This document shows positions 44,801 through 56,700 of a DNA stretch of 64,000 nucleotides, piece by piece (the stretch's first letter is position 1; each line of letters opens with the position of its first letter). The notes under the pieces were generated by a model. That model did not search any database and was not told the origin of the DNA. It was given only the letters and a program-made list of their open reading frames with translations. This stretch comes from Orbicella franksi. Lineage: Eukaryota. The stretch is taken from the NCBI GenBank assembly GCA_964199315.1, contig OZ116712.1, positions 5,084,001-5,148,000 of the forward strand, read 5' to 3'. Position numbers and translations under genes: made by a program.

Positions 44801-47800
44801 TGGATACGAAACCTGAGCAAATTAGTGGCACAGCTGCGAAGGAAAGAGATGAATCTAGTATTAGCGATGGCAAACAAGTTTCCAGTGTGGCGGGAGTCAG
44901 AGCTACAGACTCTTTGGTGAAAACAGGGAAGGTACAATTGTCGCGGCTTCGATTCCTGACACCTGCCGCGCTCAATAACACAACACCGCAACAAGAGGCT
45001 ATGTTTAACAGCGTGTCACAGACACGCCTTGACAGAAAAGTAGAGGCAAAGAAGCCAGTGGATTCTCCATTCGAAACAAGCAAGAGAACTTTAGCGAATG
45101 CCCCTTTGCCATGGGTTGCGCAAAATTCTAACAGGGCGAACGATTTTAAGTCCCCGCCTGGTGTTCTAGAATCAAACGTTGATGACAAACCTGAACACGC
45201 TTTAAACAATGATGAAACCGATAACGCAAAAAGGTTGCCTCATGAAAACATCGCTGGTACAGAAACCGCCAACTTGCCACTAATTTTCAAACCAATATCT
45301 TTCCGTGCAAAGAAACTGGCTTCTCAGCAAAGTAGCCCGAACACATCTGATACTCGATCGCAGGTCGCTTCCCCGATTTCCAACTCGATATCCATTCGTG
45401 GTCAGTCGTCGTCGCTTACGAAGATCACGGTAACTCCAGCTGCTTCGTATTATTCCGCGAGGAACTCGACGAACATTCCCGAGAAACGCTCGCCGGTTCC
45501 GACGAGCAAACGACAAAGGTTTTTTCACCGAGACATGGCTCCGACTTATCCCGAAGTGAAAGAACTGCTCGAAAGTGACGAACCAAGTAATGACTCTTCG
45601 CTCGATAAACAACAACACGAGAAATCTGTAGACAAAGAAAGGTTGGATAAAGAAACTACGCTTACAAATCGAGAGCAAGGGAACAAGCCAAGAAAAGCAC
45701 CTCGCCTAGATGCTAAGCAAGTCGTCTCGTCTTTCAATATACAACTATCAAGTCAAAGTCGGAAGCAGACTGAAGAGCAGAAAGCAGCCTCCCCATCTTC
45801 TGAAGAAAGCAATATATCCCATGCTTCGGAAGAGAAACGACTTTATGACAAAAACGTTCATCCAAGTTCCGAAAGTAGTGAAATTCGTTTCGAAAGTAGC
45901 CAACTTCATTACGACGGAGGACGACTAGGTTCCGAAAGTGGCCGACTTCATTACGATGGTGGACGACTAGATTCCGAAAATGGTCGGGTTCATAACGAAA
46001 ATGGTGAAACGGTTAGTGGAGGTGATTTGAGAAAAAGTCACCCTGAACGAGAGCCTTTGCCCAAAAATGTGTTTACGTCAAGTCTTCTTAAACCGCTGTT
46101 GACCTCGAAACAAATTTCAGATCTGCAAAAAGCTGAAGAAACATTTCGTTTGAGTAATGCGGCGCAAAAGGTTACGAGTTCATCTGACGAGGAGCTACCC
46201 CAAAAAAGTGAATTATCTCCCACAGGAACTCGACCAAGTAATAACAAGGACGTTATGCTTTTAGAAAGAACACCAGCAAGTGATCATTTTCAGCAAAACA
46301 TTGTAACAAAAGAGATTAAAACAGTAAAAGACTTTTCGCTTAAGGTTACGGATGTTGATACCGGGACACCTGTGGCTATCAACGTAAATATTGGACTTAC
46401 TAAGCAGTCACATAACCCCGTATCAGACCAGTCATCGATTGCTATGAAAAACTTCCCGGTTGCGGCGAAATCTGACATTACCGCGAAACCTGTATTAGCG
46501 AATAGAAATATTGCTACAAGAGAATCCGCTGAGGTGGCTCAAGCACCTGCGCAGATCGATAGAAAGAAGAAGGCGCGTCACGTCAGTCTTGATCCACACG
46601 CTGTGCTTCTGGACGCGGCGGTTGAGGGAGAGCTAGATCTAGTTAAACGAGTTATTCGCGAGGTAAGGAATCTTAAAGTCACATTCTGGTAGCCTCGTTT
46701 TGAAACAGGTGCGAAAAGGAACTCTTGATTGCATGTCAAGTTGTTTTAAATTCTCTATTTTCCAAGTCACCATAATTCACTTTGTTTGCCCTCCAAATTT
46801 TGCATAAACTATTGTTGTGAAATGCTCTTGGGAATATGCATACCTCCCAAGAGCATTTAAAAATTTTAAATAGTTTATGGAAGATTTTGAGGGCAAACAG
46901 AGTGAATTATGGGGAATTGGAAAATAGAGAATATGTAGTAGATATTTTGATGTCCTTAATGTGGCTGTTGTGTAACTTGTCACCAGCTGTTTTCAGTTCA
47001 TTTTCGTTTGGTATTGAAGGCTGTTTTCTGTTTTCCTTCATATGATTTCAGCATTTTCATTTTCTATAGTGCGACTGCTTTTCTTTCTTTTGAAGTTTAA
47101 AGGATGAAACTATACTTGAGGATTTCTTAATTCAATTCCTCTCCTCTACCCTCCCCCCAGGTGGACAATCCTAGTAAACCCAACACTGATGGCATCACAG
47201 CTCTTCATAACGCCGTCTGCGCAAGTCATGACGAAGTGGTTCATTTCCTCGTGGAATACGGCGCCGATATCAACTCTCCGGACTCGCACGGCTGGTAAGA
47301 AAATTTAACAACTGAAAAAAATCCAGGCGTGCTATTTTGGTCCTTTCTTTGAGTATTGTGTTCCTGAAATTAAAGCTGCGTTGTTTATCACCAGCATAGT
47401 GGCTGCAATTTACATCAAAATTCGCACACGTGATTTGTTAAGCATTGAGTACCAATAACGTAAAGTTATCGTGTGATTACCAAGTCTTCTAGGACGATCG
47501 ACTTGGAGTAGTTTACGAAATTTAACATACTCTGTGGATTTCCACATGGAGCGGTTTTCAATGGAGTATCGTATAACCAAAACCTGAGTAATCACTCTAG
47601 CCAATCACAAAGCACACAAAATCCAACGAACCAATCAAAACTCGAGGTAATTACATGTAACTGACGTGAAGCGCGGGAAAACGAGCCGGCGAGTCACGGT
47701 TAATTTTGGTTTTACTTCTGATGGGATAAATTGCCATGACTGAGTTTTTAAGCCAATCATGAAGCGTAGTAATACAAAACCGATTCCTTTTTGAAACGCA

Positions 47801-49079
47801 AGTGAAAACCGCTCTAAGCCTTGAGCCAAACATTATTGTATCCAGCCCGAGAAGGCAGCAAATAATTACTCATTATTTCCTCGTGGCTGTTGATATGAGA
47901 TTTATTTCCTTTCATATAGGACTCCTCTCCACTGCGCCGCCGCCAACAACGCCACAGAAATGGCTCGCTTTCTAATTGAACATGGCGCGTGTATTTTTGC
48001 CGCTACCTCACTGGAGAAGAAAACTCCTCTGCAATGTTGTGAGCGAGGTCTGCCTGGCTATTTCAACTGTATGAAATATTTGAACGGTAAGGATCTTTCG
48101 TGAAGTTTCCCATACATGTCGTCCACGGTTAGACTTAACAGAAATCAGACCTTATTATAACATCCAAGTATAAACACATTTAGAACTCGAAGCAAGAACT
48201 TCTAAGTGATGACAAGCGCGGGAAAACACGCAGCGTCTAACAAGCGCCGGAAAACGTGCAATCTTTGGAAAGTGCGGGAAAACACAAGACCGATTATGAG
48301 CGCGGCAAAGCTGCGAAGCAAGTTTTATACCTAATTGGTTGAAAAAGTAGCACAGTTATTCCGAGTGGCTAGAACGCTTTGCACGGTTTTCTAAACCAGT
48401 CATAGAGGTCATAGGTTAGTGGTCAGTAGTTTTACGGTGGTTTTATCAAACCTTTTTTCCCCTTTTCTTTTTACCCAATATACATTGATTTAAGTTTTCT
48501 TCTTATTCAGATGTACAGGAAACCTTTGGACTGGCTAACGAAGGTCGTGTTTATGCGCTGTATAACTACTCGGCTAACGAGCAAGACGAGTTGAGTTTTG
48601 AGTACGGCGAAGAGTTACTGGTGCTGAAACGGGGAGATGCGACCGAGAGGGAATGGTGGTGGGCCCAGAACAAGAACGGAGAGACTGGGTACATACCGAG
48701 AAATTTGCTCGGGGTAGGTGATAGATTTTTTGCTAAATCAAAACGTTACTTCCTAAGTCTAGCCCAAGTCTAGTCCAAGTCCATTCCAAGTCTAGTCCAA
48801 GTCTAGTCCAAGTCTAGTCTAGCCACGGAATTAATCCATTACTGTCCCATAATCAGACTATATATATTCTCCTAATTCATCATCAAATATACCTTTCAAT
48901 ATTAGCTGGAAGATTTCGATGATACATCAAGACAATATCCCTTAGGTGATGGTAGTCTTTACTCCCACCACCCGTCTAGTTGACAACGTAATGATTTTGT
49001 GAGGAGAAATTGTTGGTTAAACATCACCGGTTGGTTTTGTTTCCAGATGACAGCCAGAATTTCGCCTGAAGTGCCCTGA
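37951..49079 (+). CDS. ASPP-family protein (apoptosis-stimulating of p53; PPP1R13B/TP53BP2-like), 11 exons, 1551 aa
   Basis: Exons: 37951-37971, 39485-39632 (ubiquitin-like domain, LRFKVYL..EIFVTPTTKCQDIV), 40930-41055, 41394-41452, 42222-42483 and 42966-43153 (coiled coil, DLKELAARQQQEI), 43348-46662, 47161-47294 and 47920-48086 (ankyrin repeats, GITALHNAVC, GWTPLHCAAANN), 48511-48713 (SH3, ALYNY..DELSF..EWWWA..GYIPRNLLG), 49047-49079. Total 4656 nt, frame intact. Confidence 0.92.
41804..41883. repeat. (ATT)n microsatellite in ASPP intron
   Basis: Seen directly. Confidence 0.98.
42561..42889. mobile_element. Harbinger-like MITE
   Basis: TIR AGG(T/C)CC(T/C)GTCCACATTACGC with T(T/C)A flanks. 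Inverse interrupted copy at 55130-55771. Confidence 0.75.
48767..48822. repeat. 11-bp tandem repeat (AGTCTAGTCCA)n
   Basis: Seen directly. Confidence 0.85.
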
Positions 49080-50723
49080 GGTCGGACAGCAAAGATGGAT
49101 AATAAGATGCCATTCAAACGTTGTTTCGTCAGCAGATAGACCTGTTTTTACGGCTTGTAAACGTGGTTTAACAAGGGTAGCTGTTCATGAAATCTGGTTT
49201 TGACTATTCTTAAATACTGTCTAAACTCTGTTTGAATAGTAGGTCTTTGGTATTTCAGTTCTTTGGTAACAAAATCTTTTGAATATTGTTGGGTAGATAA
49301 ATTTTATCGCGATTTGCGAAGGCGTTTTTAATTTCACGGCTTCCTTTGAAAAGTGAATCATAGCAAATAGAGTTTAAAAGAAAATGTAAAGAAACAAAAC
49401 GAAATTGTTCAGTTAGTTAGTTAGCGTACCATTGATTCTCCATGGAGTCATTGATAAATACTGAACATCGTTTTATTGTTTCCCATGCTTCTAGCCAATC
49501 AGAAACCGGGTTTGTCACGAAAGCAGAGATCAACCTCGTTCCCAGAGATAAGATGAGAGACCCTGGGAACAAGGTTGAGCAGAGCATTCAAAGTGGCCAC
49601 GTTCTGCGAAATCGCACGTGCACTAATTGCACGTGAAATAATTGCACGTGCACGCGAGGAGACAATTATTGTGCTCGATTTTTTGGGGGCGGAGAATTGA
49701 GAAAACATATCGAAAGATGTCACATGAACTAATACTGAAAACAACAGCGAGTAGCTATTTAGTAAAAAGAAGTAATAAATTATTATTTATAATGCAGAAC
49801 TGAAGCAGGAAATAACGATCCTTGTTTGATTATTTTAAATCACCTCATCTGAAAATATTTATAGATTAAAAGTAGGTTATTTATTTTTTAACAGGAGAGT
49901 TTTGTAGCAGAGAGGCAAGTTAATAATCAGAAAACAAGATCTTGATTTTTGTGGCAAGGGTGTTTGCACGAAAAAAAACGTTATTTCTAAAGAACTAATT
50001 ATTCAAATTAAAAATGATAATTACAGTAGTCACAGTGAAGAAACATCGTTCTTTTAAAAAGTAGAAAGGTCGCCAAGCGCGTATAATGATCAAGAAAAAG
50101 TAAATTCAGTTTCTGAGAAACAGTGATATTTAATGATGAATTGCTAGGTAACTTAACCCCAAAGTATATTTTAGGTAATACAAAATCTTAGATGAAACCT
50201 TGCATTGTTTTATCACTTTCGACTTCACTGATGTGAACATAAATTATAACTTTAATAATGGATTTATAAACAATAAACCAATAGAACGAGTAAGTGTAGT
50301 CAAATACTGATTTTGCCCGTTTAGAAAGCATCCAATGGACCTGTCAACCTAGTGCCCGGGTTTTCTTTCCCAGTACCTTGTGACGTCATCAGTTTTTGCA
50401 GGAGCCAATGGACTCCTGGTTTTTGACATCACATACTGAGCGTGTATTCCACTTCGCGCTCAACACCAACGCTAAACTCTGGAAAAAATTCCCAATAAGA
50501 ACCATCGAAAAAGAAAGCTGTTAAGGATGTATTTTAAGGTCAGATGAATGAATTCGTGGCATTTTACAATTACGTTGAGAAGAACGTACATTTATTTTTT
50601 TGAAGAAAACCCCTCGTAGTCCGGCAACAGAAAAAAAGAATCGTAAGATTAATTTCTATTTCTGTACATCACTTGTGCTATTTGTACTGCAAGCGAAACT
50701 AGGAGACGAAGTAACGAAAATAT

Positions 50724-53700
50724 TCATTCTTGTGCTTTTTGTTTTTTCCAATTTCGAGCCATTTGGAGGAGTTTAAAGTTTGGCATGTTTGCTTCATCGT
50801 CAGGGAAGATGTAGTCGTAGTACTCTTCCCAGCCTGCGTCCGACTGCAAAAATAAAGATAAAGAAACAATTTCTATTAAACTCTGGTCGTCGAATAAGAC
50901 CATTATACAGCTGTCTGCTCGGTTACCCAGCCTTTGAATGGCAGCGAGGCTGGAGGTATCTGACCTTGCTTTGCTACAGACCTCTCTGCTTCTGTCATGT
51001 AAATGCACCATAGTTAGCATAAGAACAACTTGATTTACGCAACAAAAGCAGTGAGGTCTGTATCAAAACAAGGTCACCTCCTGCATCGGCTGCCATTCAA
51101 AGGCCAGGTCACCGAGCAGACATCTGTAAAATGGTCTGTTAAAAGTCATGTTCCCGGGGCTCTCTCCTACGCAACACAGCGGTCAAACGTCTGCGCATGT
51201 GCGCGCAGTGGAGGAACTAAAAGGCGGCCAAAATATTTTCATGACATTGTTCTTTTCGTGGGTCATCGGCATCCTATAAATGACATTTCCCTCGTTATTT
51301 ATTTATTTGTTTATGTTTTAGCCTGTTAAACGAGAGCTAACAGAAATAACTTGAGAGTTAAAAATTGATCTTTCTTCTGCTTGTTGCAGGTCTTTCTTTT
51401 CCGCGGTATGTGTTTTCCGTGCTCCTTGAATTTTTTGTCCGCCTCGACTTTGCATTTAGTGCACCAGTTTTTCCCAGGTTTGTAGTTTAGAAAAGATTTT
51501 CCCACCTGGTCAAAGACCAGGTACAGGCGGTTTGGGATCGGTATTTTGGCCAGCTATGCCCCCATGACGATGGACATGAACATCGTTTGTCGTTTCGATT
51601 CATCTCGTTCCTGTGCTTCAGACAAATCAAGGATCCGGATGGAATCCCCACAGTCCTTGCCAAAATTTTTCCAGCTCGTCTGAGCGAAGCCGAATCACTG
51701 CAATTGTCTTTTTCTTCTCCCATTTTTCCTTCTTTTACACATCGTTTGTCGTCCGTTTCCGGCGTCACGCATCGTATGATTAATAAAAACAAATAAAAAT
51801 ATACTACGCCGTCGGCTCGTAGCATGACACGGGTTTTAAGACTTGTAAACTTTTTTGGTAAAGCTCAAAACAAAATGGTAAATCAACAGAATACCGGTAA
51901 CTTAATAAACTTTGTGTCTGAAAAGTCTTAAGTTTTCCTTTTACCTGCTTTCTTTTCCTTTTACAGATTTCTATGAACTTTTCAATTTTTTTCGTAAATT
52001 TTGCGTGACACCGGTTGTTTCCCATGTTTTCCTGTAAATTTTTGCGCGAGAAATTGGCGCGCGGCTGCCAAAAATGTACCAATTTGCGCATGCCCAACGT
52101 TTGACCGCTGTGTTCTCCTACGCAGAGGTTCGAAACGTTCTTTATGGAAGGCCGCTGTGCGAGGTAAGTACAGGCGCAAAGTCGAACGTTATCCTGCGCC
52201 TGCACTCATATCATATCGAAAAAAACCTGCACCGCAAACACGGCTCAAAAAAACAATCGTATAAGGGGAGCCATGCACAACCTTAAGGCCCCAGAAAATT
52301 ACACACCCACCACTTCCCCCTCAAAAGTAATGGTCCGTCCCTTATTAGATCCTTCCAGTGAAATGTTGAGTTTCTTGTCACCTTCTTTCTCAGGACAGTG
52401 GACTGGGGAGAGGCGCGATCGATGGCGTGCAGGAAGTCGGTGAAAACGAATCTAGCGCTCGCAGCACTTGAAATGGCTTCCGTGTTATTCCTATTAGTTC
52501 TGATTCTTTCTCCCTTAAATTTAAAATCGGATGCTTTCTTATCGGCTTTGAGGCGACACTTTTTCAAACTTCAAGTAACATCGAAAACAAACATAGTTTG
52601 TCCAAAAACGCATTTTTTGCCACAAAGAGGATCTACCCTCCCCCCTCCTCCCCCCTTCTCTCTCTAGCGTCCAGGTTTTTTCAAAAACCCTCCGGTTAAA
52701 ACTTCAGTTTGCGATCTCAAAAAACTCAAGACAAAATAGAAGACTAAACAAACACAAAGTGGCCAGTAAACGACGGCTTGTCACGCAACGTTTTGGTTCG
52801 TCATGATACCAAGGGTTGCGTGACGAGTGAAGGGTAAAATACTCACCCCGTCGTCCGTTTGCACTTTTCTTCTCTTCTTGACTCGTCGAGGCATCTTTTT
52901 CTTAATTTTCTCTTGTGCACTGTCGTCGCCGTGTTCGTCCTAAATAACAAATGTAATAATAATGAATAACTTGGTTAGAAACAAGAAATAATACGTGGTG
53001 TCCGGGAAGAAGCCATTCGAAGCGAAAGAAGCACGCGCGAAATTCGCGGAAGTGTTTCTCGCGCGTTCCACGCGTTTAGCGACCTACGAGTAGAGCTCTC
53101 GCGCGAGTTTTTGCCCTTCGAACACAACTGTGGCTTTGGATCATTTCGAACAATAAACTCATCGTTGTTTACCTCAAACTCTTTCCATGCTTCCAGCAGC
53201 ATCACTCTCTCTTCTTTTTCTTCTGCGTTTCTGAGAGACTTGTCTGCGCGTTCATAAACATTCCTACAAAAAATAAAACCTCATGGTCTAGCTAGTCCAA
53301 ATCACGGCGACACAATTTGTTAGACTACAAGTAGTCCCTCTTTTGCTTAGTCCGTCAAGCGAGACTGTAAAGAAACATGAAAAAAATGGACGTGCGAAAT
53401 CCCGGGGGCAGAATTCGCGAGGCCGTTTTCAGTCCTCGCGGTTTTCTTTCGCGTCACGCAGGACGGACTGAGCGAAAGAGAGTAAAGAGGGACTATTCGT
53501 AGTCTACAATTTGTCGGTATTAACGGCAAATTATACTATAAGTAAAGAAGGATCCGATAAGAAAACTGGATAAGGTTTCCTTCAACATACTAAGCTTTCA
53601 TTTTTTTTTCGGGGAAGATAATCGACCGACTTGCATTTACAACCGAATGATTTTCACCAACCTCGCTTGTTCGATGCTATCTTCAACTGCAGTAGATGTC

Positions 53701-56700
53701 TCAAATTGCGCAAAACTTAACCATACCTGAAACGAAAAAACAAGCAAAAAATAAAATTTTGGGTTTTAAACTGCTTAAAACACAACAGCAAATGTAGTCC
53801 TACTCCGCAGCCGTTGTTTGAGGTTGTCACGTAAGTCGCCCCCTCGGCGATTGCTTTAGAAAATGTTGATTGTTTGTCGGTCCGTGTGTAAAGTTCTATG
53901 CTATAAAAATACGATAGGGAAAAGTAAGTTTCCCGATAAAAGGATTTTTAAAGAGAAACAGGCTGCGCTGGAGAACACGACTGTTTAATTCCGTGCTACA
54001 CGACATATGGAAAAGATAAACAAACCTTCACGTGTTGTGTTCGCTTCAAAAGTCTTTCGTACAAATCTCGCGTTCTGTCATATTCTTCCGAGTTTATCTC
54101 GAAATCTATGTAAGCTTTCCATAAAACCTGCGAAAAGAAAAGCATAATGCAGTCTAAAGAATTAGCAACTGATCGTAAAGTTCGGTGGTCGAACAGTTTT
54201 ATGCGCTCGCAAGACTGTCGCAAGTTGATGTAAAACAACGAAAAAAAAAGTTGTTTTACGCTGTTTAATTTAGAACTGCTTCAAATAAAAACATTTATGG
54301 CAAATACAATTGCTTAAAAGAAAATATCATTTCGAAAAAAAAAAAAAAAGAAAAAAGAATCGTCCTGCCGGGACCAGGATTCGAACCTGGGTTACTGCGG
54401 CCACAACGCAGTGTCCTAACCACTAGACGATCGCGGCATGCCACAACGACAACATGAACAACTAAGGCGCAAAATAGTTATTTAAAGCAACTGTGGCGTA
54501 CGTCATTTCCGTTCCGATACGCTAGTCGGCTTTTCATCGAAGAAAAAAAAGTTCTCAACGCGTAGTTACGCATATTTTCTTAAAAGCATTCACCGTGTTT
54601 GTAAATCATAACTAAAATAACAGCATGACATAATGCCAAAGACAAAACGGCACAAAGTTAAAAAGCTTGGCCACTGTGAAACTTTACTTCCGGTAGTCAG
54701 CACTTCCGGTCAAGTCAACTTCCAGTTCACCTACAGAAGTTGCAATTTCGACAAGGGTTTATTAAAAGAATTTACCAAGATTACAAACAGTTCTAACAGT
54801 TCGAATGGAAATAATGTTTAATTAAGGATGGAGGACTATTTTCGTGATTTATGATTTTTAAAAAATTCTCGTGAAAAGTTACCTGCTAAGCATAGGTAGT
54901 GTGCGCCTCGATTTTATATCGTGAAACAAAATCGCGTTTTATTCGGCGCGAATTGTGATTTTGTGAATTGCGAAGTGATTTTGCGAAGCTCGATAAACGC
55001 AGACTACGCGCAATCTTTCATGCGATGCAAGGGAAAATTGAACGGCGAGCGACAAAGCACACAAAAGTAATAAATTTCGGCTCTTGTGTACGGACACGCA
55101 CGGCGAGGATTTGATGAGGCGCAAGATCTAACGCCCCGTCCATGCTATGCCAGAGGAATTTGAGAACGGAGGTTTCACTCTGAAAACGCATCAAATGTTT
55201 TCCGTCCACACTACACCGGAGGAATTTAAAAATACACCTACCACCGGTAATATTGGATTTGTGTTTGAGGAAAACTTGGTCAGGGAAATCACATGATTAT
55301 CGTGACTGCATCGATGTCGAAAAGCTCCGTTTTCAAAATGTTTTCCATCCGCATTAAAACGCAAAGCCGGCGTTTTCAAATTAGAGTGAACGGATTAGCG
55401 TGAACGGATTAGAGTGGACGGTACGCCTAACCGTAGAAACTACATTTTTACATTACATTACTTTATTTACCCTCGGATTTCAGAGTAGCTTATGAAGCTA
55501 ATATCTCCGAGCATTTAACCATCAGATGAGAGATAGACCACCACACAAGGAACTACGTCCCCTACTCTTTTCGATCAGTGTATGGGTTCTTTTACGTCCC
55601 ACAGAATTAATTATGAAGAGCTGTGAGACGGGGCCTACGGTTTATCGTCCTTATCCGAGAAGACTAGGACGTCTAACCATTTGCAGGTGTCATTACAAAG
55701 GAAGCACTTTCTCCTCAATAAAATAAAGCTGCGTTTTCAAATTCCCCTGGCGTAGTAAGGACGGGGCCTAACGAGAACATGGCGACTGCCTGCAATTTAA
55801 AATGTACGTGAAACATGACGAAAAATCCGCAAATCGGTAGTCTCCGCCCCGAGCAACCAGTCCTGCTTGCTCTTGGAGCAGGTGACCCTACTCCTAGAGA
55901 ACTTACACGTAGCTTAGTAAGCCTTCGTTTCTTCCGAACAGCGGTTGGTACCCAGGCGTAGAAAAATTGTGAACGCTCGTTTCATTTTATTTTTCGTCGA
56001 ACGCGGTTTCCACCTCCCATTTGTCGCTCCTTTTCTTCAGCTTTACAGCTTAAAAGATGACAAAGAACACCGTCAACATTCTTCTCTTACACCTTTCCAA
56101 TTATTATTGCCTATAGGACAGGAGTAAGCTTGTTGGAATGAGGGATTCGGGGAGAGGTACCACTAGAGCTTGATGCGCGAGACCCAGGGCAGGCTTACCG
56201 CTATTAGAAAACGGGACAAAATGATTTTTGCGCTGTTCATTTGGATTTCTTTTGTCTTTAAATGAACTATACATGTAACATACTTTACCTCGGGCATGTC
56301 CAACAACGGTTGATTGACGGCCAGCTCGAACAGCGCCCGTGCCCTGTCGATATAACCAAGAATTGTTTCCAGTTCAGCGTACTAAAAATAGAAAAAATCA
56401 GCAGACAGATATTATTTTGCAGCATAGAATAATTAAAAATCACAGACAGTAAAAAAGAAAAGGTTACGCGGGAAATACGTTTGTGTTCTCCCAACAGAAC
56501 TGAACCCAAGATTTATTGAAATCATGAAGCAAGTGAGAATCTTGACCTTGTGTTAGCGTGTCCCATCGATATTGCGAAGATTCAAGGGATTCGTCTCCTG
56601 CCGCAAGATCTCGGAAATCGTCCCGAGTACTTCATGTCACTGTTTGATTAATATCTTTCTCAAATCATTATTTATTGTTTTAATGGTGTGTTTGTCTGCC

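Noticed and set aside
43734-46478. Several long antisense ORFs (up to 237 aa)
   Set aside because: Shadows of the large ASPP exon with no recognisable domains.
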